NCBI GenBank assembly: GCA_025459285.1
Contig: JALOQY010000185.1
Span: forward strand, 1 to 10,619
DNA length: 10,619 nucleotides
Source of the DNA: Planctomycetota bacterium
GTDB lineage: Bacteria; Planctomycetota; JAJSAM01
Reading direction: 5' to 3'
Shown: positions 1 through 6,356 of the stretch, piece after piece
Layout: each line of letters starts with the position of its first letter
Numbering within the stretch: position 1 is the first letter of the stretch
The notes under the pieces: model-generated
Database searches by the model: none
Told to the model about the DNA's origin: nothing
What the model saw: only the letters and a program-made list of their open reading frames with translations
Translations under genes and position numbers: made by a program

Positions 1-43
1 GCATCCCCGGGCCCCGGAAGTCCACCCCATCCCCTCGGCTTCG

Positions 44-3000
44 TCAGCGGCGATCCTGCCCCCTCATCGACCGCCGGGCCTTACTGTCTGACTCGCAGTT
101 CGGATGGCCGATCATAAGGCCGGCGATCCCGACCTCGGGGCCCCAGACGGCGAGGCCGAAGCGGCGCTTCGCGAGAGGCGGCGCGGAGAGAGAGCGGAAG
201 ACCTCCACCCCGCCCACCACCACGGAGACCTTGTCCGCGATCCGGGTCACGAGGATCTCCGGGGGATCCGGCCACTCGGCGGGCGCGTCGAGCACGCGGA
301 TCGCGCGCAACACGTCGTAGCGCTCCAGGCGGGCGGTGAACCGGTCCTTGTCGGGGACGAGGATCAACGACCAGCCGGACAGCGTCAGCTCGTCTCCCTC
401 CCCGTCGAACGTCAGCGCCATCTTCGGAACGACGGGCCCTTCGAGAACGACCCGGAGCCGGAAATCGGATGGCGGAGGTCTCTTTTCCGGCGGAAGCCAC
501 AGCAGCGCGGCGGGGTGGTCCTGGGGGAAGCCCGGCCGGACCGAGAAGGGCCGCCATCCCGGGGCCCGCCCATCCTCCTCCCCCCGCAGGAGCTTGTTCC
601 TCAGCGTGAACTTCCCCGCCGCGACCTCGTACCCGGCGCCGAGACTGCGCCGCCCGAAACCGTCGCGGAACGTCTCTTCGAACTTGATCTTCGGCGGGGC
701 CGGAGAGGGATCCGGCGGGTCGAGGTCCTCCACCAGCCCCTCGATCGGCCGGCCGGACGGGTCCGTGAGCCGCAGCGTCAGGCCCGTGGCGCCCCAGCCG
801 TTCGCCACCTTCAGGAGCAGGCGGTTGCGGCCGGCGCCAAGGAGGATCGGCCAGCGCTCGAAGTCGGGGACGAGCGGCCGATCGCCCTGGCTCCGGTCCA
901 CGAACACACCGTTCTGCCAGAGCGCGACCTCGTCGTCGGCGCCGATCCACGCGAGGGCCGGGGTGGCCGCCGGAACCGTCACGTGGGTGAGCGCGTAGGT
1001 GACCGCGTGCTCCGGGTAGCCATAGCGGAACCAGACCGCACCCCGCCCGTCGAGCCGCGCGGAGTGCTCCGCCTCCGGATCCGCGATCCGCCACTTCGCG
1101 GTGTCCCCGGAACTCGCGTACTCCTTCAAGAAGTCGATCTCCTCCTCCGGCGGGAAGACCTCGCAGAGACCCGGGCCCGCGGAGGGGTAGAACGGTCCCA
1201 CGACGCGGAACTTCGTCACGACGCCGAGTTGACGGCGCAGTTCCGCCGCCTCCGCGCTCCCGCCCCGCCGGGTCGCGTCGAGGATCGCGAGGGCCGCCCA
1301 CCGCGCGCGCGCGGCGAGGAACGCGTCGCCGGAGTTGCGGGCGAGCGCGGCGAGGCCGGCCGCGTCGCCCCGCCGGGCCAGTTCGACGAACCACCTCTCC
1401 CGGCCGGTCTCCAGTTCCTCGACCTCGGCACCCGTCGCCCTGGACACCGGGAACCGCATCTCGGCGAGGGTGTCCCAGACCTCCTCCCCCATCGCCTTCG
1501 CGAGCGCCCAGCCGAAGCCGGCCATCAGCCGGTGGGTGAGCCGCGACTTTGAGACGGAATCCCGATAGAGGCGGAAGACCTGCCCCAGCTTCGGCCAGTC
1601 GGCGTGGCCGGCGGGCGCCGGGGCGTGCCGGGCGAGGATCTCCTCGAGCAGTCCTTCGCTCGGTTCGTAGGCCGGGATGAGCCAGTAGGCGTTCTCGCGA
1701 TCGAGGTGGTGCCGGCGGAGGGCGGCGCGGCCGCGCTCCGAGCGGGCGAGGAACACGCCCTTCTCGCCGGCGAACATGTCTTCCACGAAGTGCGCCCCGA
1801 GGTTCGCGAGACCCTCCGTGAGACCGCGCTTGTAGTCGTGAACCGGGCGGGTGTCGTCCACGCAGTGGGTGAGCTCGTGGTAGTAGAGTCCGTTGTCGAC
1901 CCGGACGTCCCTCTGCTCGGGCCTCGCGTCGCCCACCGTGATGAGCATGCCGCCGCCGGTGGCGGGGCCGCTGTACGTCTCCTTGTAGTAGACGATGACC
2001 CTCTCCCCGGGCGGGCAGGGGTCGCGCCCGAACAGGTCGGAGAGGAGCAGGCCGGCCACGTCGAGGCGGTAGGTCGACTCGCGCGGGATGGCCCGGACGA
2101 GCGTCTCCGGCCCGAGGTAGACGAGCCGCGAAGCGGGGATGGTGCCCAGCCGGTGGAACGAGGGATGGTCGGTCTCCTTCGCGAGGCGCGCCTGCTGTTC
2201 GGGGGTCAGGTCGTAGAGCAGGCGCTGCTCGATCCCCGCGAGCTGGCGCTCGGCCTCGGCCTTCTCCTTCCCGGTCGCGGTCCGGCAGAGCTTCGCCTCG
2301 ATCCAGAGCTTCCGCGCCCGCACGAGCCGGCCGGCCTTCGCCTCCCGCGCCGCGGCGGCGGAGATCTTCCCGGCATCCTCCCCCGCCTCGTCGAGCAGCT
2401 TCCGGCAGGCCGCGACATCCTCCTCGGCCATGTCGCGGAGCAGGCGCTGCTTCAGGTCCACCACATCCTTCTGCGCCCGGTCGGAATCGGCGGGCTCTCC
2501 CACCACGCGTTGGTTCCGCCCCTCTTCCACGACGCCGCCGACGACCTCCAGCACGCGGAGGGCGAGCTTCAGCTCCTTCTCCTTCAGGAGCTCGCTCGCG
2601 CGGTCCCGGAGCCATCGGAGCTTCTCTTCCGAAACCAGGGCGCGGATCCGGATCTCCTCGGCGCCGGAGACCGGCGCGCCGGCGGGGGGCGGGAGGGCGA
2701 GCAGCTCCGCCGCCACCGCGAGCTTGCCCGCCAGGTCTACCGACCGCCGGAGCGCTTCCCCGAGGAGTTCGAAGGCCGCCGCCGAGTCCCCCCGCTGCGC
2801 CCGCTCCCGGGCGGCGGTCCGGAGGTCGGCGGCGCTCGCCCGCCCGGAGGCCGCGGGGACGTGACCCACGAGGTACCGGCGGTCTCCGAACGGCGCGTCC
2901 CCGAGGAGGACGAAGCGCCCCTCGTACTCGTTCGTGAGCGTCGGGTCCCGGACGGCCACGAGGATCGAGGCCTCGGGCCGGCCGCCGTCCGCTCCCGCCG

Positions 3001-3301
3001 GGACCACGAGGATCTCCGTCCAGCGGACCGGCTCCCCGGGAACCCACTTCTCCATGGGGACCGGGGGCGCGTGCGAGACGACCGCGAGGAGCCGCCCCGT
3101 CCCGGCCTCCATGGCGACGAGTTCCACCGGCCAGGTGGCCGGCGGCGCGGCGTCGGCGAGGAAGGCGAGCCGGACGGCGATCCGCCCGGTCTCTCCGTAG
3201 AGCGACGCCGTGACCTCCGCCGACGGATGCACGGCGAGCCCCTCATCGGGCGGTGCGGCGAGCGCCGCGGCGCACAGGAGCAGGACGACCGGCACTCTCA
3301 T
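44..3301 (-). CDS. secreted multidomain protein with gluzincin-type zinc metallopeptidase motif (HExxH plus downstream xEGxA) and a central coiled-coil/TPR-like helical region
   Basis: This is the longest ORF in the region, and its composition is protein-like, unlike the Arg/Pro/Gly-rich overlapping ORFs 81..3047(-), 104..1552(+) and 1604..3355(+). The N-terminus MRVPVVLLLCAAALA|APP is a typical Sec signal peptide with an AxA cleavage site and no lipobox. HELTH sits at about aa 500, followed 17 residues later by LTEGLANL, which resembles the third zinc-ligand motif (NEGFA) of MA-clan gluzincins. A Glu/Lys/Arg/Ala-rich helical stretch covers about aa 220-380. The C-terminal ~300 aa are beta-rich and of unknown function. 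The start is ATG at 3299-3301. Confidence 0.7.
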   Translation of the reverse strand: MRVPVVLLLCAAALAAPPDEGLAVHPSAEVTASLYGETGRIAVRLAFLADAAPPATWPVELVAMEAGTGRLLAVVSHAPPVPMEKWVPGEPVRWTEILVVPAGADGGRPEASILVAVRDPTLTNEYEGRFVLLGDAPFGDRRYLVGHVPAASGRASAADLRTAARERAQRGDSAAAFELLGEALRRSVDLAGKLAVAAELLALPPPAGAPVSGAEEIRIRALVSEEKLRWLRDRASELLKEKELKLALRVLEVVGGVVEEGRNQRVVGEPADSDRAQKDVVDLKQRLLRDMAEEDVAACRKLLDEAGEDAGKISAAAAREAKAGRLVRARKLWIEAKLCRTATGKEKAEAERQLAGIEQRLLYDLTPEQQARLAKETDHPSFHRLGTIPASRLVYLGPETLVRAIPRESTYRLDVAGLLLSDLFGRDPCPPGERVIVYYKETYSGPATGGGMLITVGDARPEQRDVRVDNGLYYHELTHCVDDTRPVHDYKRGLTEGLANLGAHFVEDMFAGEKGVFLARSERGRAALRRHHLDRENAYWLIPAYEPSEGLLEEILARHAPAPAGHADWPKLGQVFRLYRDSVSKSRLTHRLMAGFGWALAKAMGEEVWDTLAEMRFPVSRATGAEVEELETGRERWFVELARRGDAAGLAALARNSGDAFLAARARWAALAILDATRRGGSAEAAELRRQLGVVTKFRVVGPFYPSAGPGLCEVFPPEEEIDFLKEYASSGDTAKWRIADPEAEHSARLDGRGAVWFRYGYPEHAVTYALTHVTVPAATPALAWIGADDEVALWQNGVFVDRSQGDRPLVPDFERWPILLGAGRNRLLLKVANGWGATGLTLRLTDPSGRPIEGLVEDLDPPDPSPAPPKIKFEETFRDGFGRRSLGAGYEVAAGKFTLRNKLLRGEEDGRAPGWRPFSVRPGFPQDHPAALLWLPPEKRPPPSDFRLRVVLEGPVVPKMALTFDGEGDELTLSGWSLILVPDKDRFTARLERYDVLRAIRVLDAPAEWPDPPEILVTRIADKVSVVVGGVEVFRSLSAPPLAKRRFGLAVWGPEVGIAGLMIGHPNCESDSKARRSMRGQDRR

Positions 3302-3347
3302 GGGTCGCCGATGCTACCCGATCGAACGGCACCGATCACGCGTCGCC

Positions 3348-3366
3348 GGTTCTGAACGTGAGCAGT
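3348..3366. repeat. inverted repeat CTGAAC-N7-GTTCAG immediately 3' of the minus-strand methyltransferase stop codon; possible weak hairpin or operator
   Basis: Read directly from the sequence: ctgaacgtgagcagttcag. The stem is 6 bp, the loop 7 nt, and no U-tract follows, so it is not a convincing intrinsic terminator. Confidence 0.2.
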
Positions 3367-4260
3367 TCAGCGAATCGCGATCAGGCGGAAGTAGTAGTGG
3401 AGCGATGGCGCGGGGGCGTGGCGCTCGAGTTCCATGAGGAGCCGCGTGAACTCGTCGGGACGCGGCGGATGGGAGAGGACGACCTCGACCGTCGCGAAAC
3501 CGAAACCGAGCAGGCGGGCCCGGAGGCTCTCCGGGTCGAGGCCGGTGCCGTGGTGGTACTCCGCGAGGCGCTCCCGGGCCACCTCCTCCGGCGAATGGGA
3601 CCGGGCGGACTTCAGCGCGCGGCGCATGGCAAGCCACCAGGAAAACCGCTCGTGGAAGGCGGCGTTCGAGTCGTTGTCGGTGTAGAGGAAGCCCCCCGGG
3701 CGCAGCACCCGCGCGAACTCCCGCAGGCCGTCCGCGGGTTCACGAAGATGGTGGAGCAGCGAGTAAGCCGTCACGCCGTCGAAGCTCGCGTCCTCGAAGG
3801 GGAGCCGCGCCGCGCTGGCCCGGACGAGGTCGCCGTGGAAGCGGGCACACCGGGCGAGCATGCCGAGGGAGACGTCCGCGCCGGCCACGCGGGGGAACCG
3901 CGACCGCAGGAGCTCGAGGACGATCCCGCTGCCGCAGCCGGCGTCGAGGACCTCCCCGGGGCCGGAGACGGTCTCCCTCAGACGGTCGAGCGTCCGCGCG
4001 ACGTCCCCGTAACACTCGTCGGGCCGGGCCGTCTCGAGGTCGTAGTCCGCGGCGTGGGCGTCGTGGAAGATCGCGTTCGCCTCCTCCACGGCCCGCGCCC
4101 CGGGGTCGGCCGAGCGCGCCAGGAGATCCGGGATCCCCTCCGGCGCGAGCGGCCAGCGCCGGCCGGAGCGTTCCGCCACCAGCGCCCCGCCGTCGAACCG
4201 GAGCGGATCGCCGCCGAGCGGACAGCGGAGCTTCCCGAGCAGCCAGTCCGAGAGGGCCAT
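3367..4260 (-). CDS. Trm112-like zinc-ribbon domain fused to class I SAM-dependent methyltransferase (Methyltransf_11/25 type)
   Basis: The N-terminus LLGKLRCPLGGDPLRF matches the Trm112p-like motif. It is followed by VLDAGCGSG (SAM motif I), DVSLGML (post-I), FDGV (motif II) and LRPGG (motif III). The ATG is at 4258-4260, with TAGAAT 6 nt upstream on the minus strand. The stop TGA is at 3367-3369. Confidence 0.85.
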   Translation of the reverse strand: MALSDWLLGKLRCPLGGDPLRFDGGALVAERSGRRWPLAPEGIPDLLARSADPGARAVEEANAIFHDAHAADYDLETARPDECYGDVARTLDRLRETVSGPGEVLDAGCGSGIVLELLRSRFPRVAGADVSLGMLARCARFHGDLVRASAARLPFEDASFDGVTAYSLLHHLREPADGLREFARVLRPGGFLYTDNDSNAAFHERFSWWLAMRRALKSARSHSPEEVARERLAEYHHGTGLDPESLRARLLGFGFATVEVVLSHPPRPDEFTRLLMELERHAPAPSLHYYFRLIAIR

Positions 4261-4266
4261 CGCCGC

Positions 4267-4296
4267 ATTCTATCGGCGGGGCCGGGCGCGGCGCGA
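4267..4296. promoter_or_regulatory. divergent promoter region: -10-like TAGAAT for the minus-strand methyltransferase (4267-4272, read on the minus strand) and TACAAT for the plus-strand FemAB-like gene (4291-4296)
   Basis: This is the only AT-containing stretch in a 57-bp intergenic gap between divergently oriented starts (ATG 4260 on the minus strand, GTG 4318 on the plus strand). Both hexamers are one mismatch from TATAAT. I could not identify a clear -35 element or a Shine-Dalgarno sequence, so transcripts here may be leaderless or have short leaders. Confidence 0.3.
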
Positions 4297-4317
4297 CTGC
4301 TACAATCCGCCTCGCCC

Positions 4318-5322
4318 GTGGATGCCCCCGTCATCGTACGAATCCTCGCCGAGGAACCCGCCGCATGGTGGGACGAGGTGGCGTTGCGCGCACGCTCGAT
4401 CTGGCACACGCGGGACTTCGCCCGACTCCACCGCGAGTGTGGCGGAACGGTCCGGTTCCTCGCCGCTTTCCGTGGGGCAACACCCACCGGGGTCGCCCTC
4501 CTCCTCCTCGGAGGCAGCCGGAAGCTCCCCCTCCTCGACATCCTCTTCGCCCGTGTCGCCCTCGTGCCGGACGAGCCAGCGGCGGGAGACCGGGAGTCGG
4601 CGATCGCGCTCCTCGGCGGCCTCCTCGCCGAGGCCCGGCGGGCGCGGGCGGCGGAGGCGTCGGTGCGCGTGGAGCTGCCGAGGTTCCTCGATGTCCCGGA
4701 CCTCACGGAGCGTGGACTCGCCGCCCGGCGGCGGGGCATCGCCCTGATCGAGGTGCCGCCGGACCCGGCGGCCGTGGAGCGCGGGATGGCCGCCCCCGCC
4801 CGGCGCCAGGCGCGGAAGGCTGCGCGGCTCGGAGTGCGGGTGGAAGTCGCGGACGGCGTGGAGCCCCTCCTCCCGCTCCTCGATCTCTCGTTCCTCCGGT
4901 CCGGCCTGCCGCCGCGGGACCACGGCTATGTCCGCGCGCTTGACCGGTGCCTGCCGGCGGAGGTGCTCGTCGCCCGGAAGGACGGGCGTGACCTGGCGGC
5001 GCTGCTCTGGGTGGCAAGGGGAGAGATGGGGCTCAACATCTTCCACGGCCGCGCGGACGGGGACGTGGAGGGAGCACCGAACCTGCTCCACCGGGAGATG
5101 CTCGAACAGGCCTCCCGGCGAGGCGTCCGGCTCCTCCACACCGGCGACGCCGCGCTTCCCGGGGAGACCGATCCGCGGATCCTCGGGATCACCCGCTTCA
5201 AGGAGTCCCTGGGCTTCGCGATCCACCCGGCCTTCCAGGGCTCGATCGCCCTGCGACCGTTCTCCGCGGGCCTGCGCCGGAGGCTCCTCGCGCTGCGGAC
5301 CGGGGCGGGGAGGCGGCGATGA
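4318..5322 (+). CDS. FemAB/CelD/BioF2-like GNAT-fold (Acetyltransf_6-type) acyl- or aminoacyl-transferase
   Basis: This is the 3' portion of track ORF 3253..5322. The part upstream of 4318 is antisense to the 3367..4260 methyltransferase and is rejected. The first plausible in-frame start is GTG 4318, with CTG 4297 as an alternative; there is no in-frame ATG for more than 150 codons. The protein is MDAPVIVRILAEEPAAWWDEV... (about 334 aa). Its C-terminal half, LLWVARGEMGLNIFHGRADG...NLLHREMLEQASRRGVRLLHTGD, resembles the FemAB-like GNAT family. The TGA stop overlaps the downstream ATG as ATGA. Confidence 0.65.
   Translation: MDAPVIVRILAEEPAAWWDEVALRARSIWHTRDFARLHRECGGTVRFLAAFRGATPTGVALLLLGGSRKLPLLDILFARVALVPDEPAAGDRESAIALLGGLLAEARRARAAEASVRVELPRFLDVPDLTERGLAARRRGIALIEVPPDPAAVERGMAAPARRQARKAARLGVRVEVADGVEPLLPLLDLSFLRSGLPPRDHGYVRALDRCLPAEVLVARKDGRDLAALLWVARGEMGLNIFHGRADGDVEGAPNLLHREMLEQASRRGVRLLHTGDAALPGETDPRILGITRFKESLGFAIHPAFQGSIALRPFSAGLRRRLLALRTGAGRRR
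5309..5313 (+). promoter_or_regulatory. Shine-Dalgarno GGAGG 5 nt upstream of ATG 5319
   Basis: gggGGAGGcggcgATG, read directly from the sequence. It lies inside the 3' end of the upstream gene, which fits translational coupling. Confidence 0.55.
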
Positions 5323-6071
5323 ACCGCGAGGGCGGCGGCCTCGGTCCATGGGCGGAGATCTACCGCCGGCGCGCGGCGCTCGATCCGCTGCGCGCCGTGC
5401 TCGACGAGGGCGATCCCGACAACCGGAAGAACGTCTACGTGGATGCGCTGGACCGGTTCTGGCTGCGCCGGGCGCTGGGTCCGCGCAGGTACGGCGCGGC
5501 GGTGGACCTCGGCTGCGGCGTGGGCCGTCTGACCGGACTGCTCGCGGGGCGGTCACGCCTGACCATCGGGGTCGACGCCTCGGAGGCGCTGCTCGCGGCG
5601 GCGGCGCTCCGGTCCGGACGGTCCGCGGGCCTGGTCCGGGGGGCGCTCGGCGCGCTGCCGCTGCCGGCCGGCCGGAGCGACCTCGTGGTCTGCTGGCAGG
5701 TCCTCCTCCACCTCGTCGGCGACTCCGACATGGCAGCGGCGATCGGAGAAGTCCGGAGACTCCTCGCGCCCGGTGGCCGTGCGGTCTTCGCGGAGCACTT
5801 CGCACCGGGAGCGGAGACGCTGCGTCGCGAAGGAGTCGTCTACCGGTCCGCGCCGGATGTCCTCGGGGCGTTGCGGGCCGCGGGCCTGCGGGTGGAGTCG
5901 GCCTTCGCGATCCGCAAGTCCCCCTCGCGCCTCGTGCACCTGGTCCGCCGGGGCCGCCTCCCCCGCCCGCTGTGGCCGCTTTCGGCGCGTCTCGAGCGCC
6001 TTCTCGCCTTCGCCGGCCGAGCCCCCCCCCTCTACCGCGACTGGCTCGTCGTGGGCCGCCCGTCGACGTGA
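5319..6071 (+). CDS. class I SAM-dependent methyltransferase
   Basis: AVDLGCGVGRL (motif I), GVDASEALL (post-I), SDLVVCWQVLLHL (motif II region) and LLAPGGRAVF (motif III). The start is ATG with an SD, and the stop TGA is at 6069-6071. Confidence 0.85.
   Translation: MNREGGGLGPWAEIYRRRAALDPLRAVLDEGDPDNRKNVYVDALDRFWLRRALGPRRYGAAVDLGCGVGRLTGLLAGRSRLTIGVDASEALLAAAALRSGRSAGLVRGALGALPLPAGRSDLVVCWQVLLHLVGDSDMAAAIGEVRRLLAPGGRAVFAEHFAPGAETLRREGVVYRSAPDVLGALRAAGLRVESAFAIRKSPSRLVHLVRRGRLPRPLWPLSARLERLLAFAGRAPPLYRDWLVVGRPST
6022..6030. repeat. C9 homopolymer tract inside the 3' end of the 5319..6071 methyltransferase CDS
   Basis: gagCCCCCCCCCtctacc, read directly. It encodes ...RAPPLY... in the current frame. 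Confidence 0.9.
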
Positions 6072-6127
6072 GCCTCCGGGCGGCTGGAAGTTGCCCGGCG
6101 ACGGGCGGCCAGCGGCGCCCGGCCCCC

Positions 6128-6343
6128 TCACTCCCCCTCATCCGCCGGCCCGGGTTCGTGGCGGGCCAGGAACCGGGAACGCAACCGGATCGCCTCCTCG
6201 ACCCGGCGGCCATCGAGACGCCTCTCGACCTCCGCCGCGACCCGCCGCCCCACCGCGATGTAAAACCACAGCGGCCCGCGGCCCCGGGGGCGGCGGGACC
6301 GGTCCAGCTCCCGCCAGGTCCTTCGCGGCCGCGAAACGTCCAC
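6128..6343 (-). CDS. doubtful small Arg-rich ORF (71 aa) with a GTG start 14 nt downstream of the fusion-gene stop
   Basis: This is the only ORF in the 285-bp gap between convergent genes. It has a GTG start, no clear SD, and an Arg-rich composition typical of chance ORFs in high-GC DNA. Both overlapping plus-strand frames are also open. I recognised no family motif. Confidence 0.15.
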   Translation of the reverse strand: MDVSRPRRTWRELDRSRRPRGRGPLWFYIAVGRRVAAEVERRLDGRRVEEAIRLRSRFLARHEPGPADEGE

Positions 6344-6356
6344 GAGACGTCGCGCC

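Noticed and set aside
81-3355. Long ORFs 81..3047(-), 104..1552(+), 336..998(+) and 1604..3355(+) overlapping the 44..3301 gene
   Set aside because: They have extreme Arg/Pro/Gly/Ala composition with no motifs, which is typical of shadow ORFs in high-GC DNA. The 44..3301 frame has a signal peptide and a metalloprotease motif.
3348-3366. LexA/SOS box interpretation of the CTGAAC-N7-GTTCAG palindrome
   Set aside because: The spacing and flanking bases do not fit the Cheo-box, the alpha-proteobacterial direct-repeat box, or the myxobacterial CTRHAMRYBYGTTCAGS consensus.
3253-4317. 5' 1 kb of track ORF 3253..5322(+), plus 3314..3637(-), 3740..4015(-) and 3978..4739(-)
   Set aside because: These are antisense to, or out of frame with, the clearly motif-bearing methyltransferase 3367..4260(-). 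Only the part from GTG 4318 onward has family-like sequence.
6072-6356. A tRNA or other small RNA in the long convergent gap
   Set aside because: The only GGTTCG (at ~6156) lacks the GGTTCGAATCC T-loop context and any acceptor/anticodon stem. I found no covarying stems by eye.
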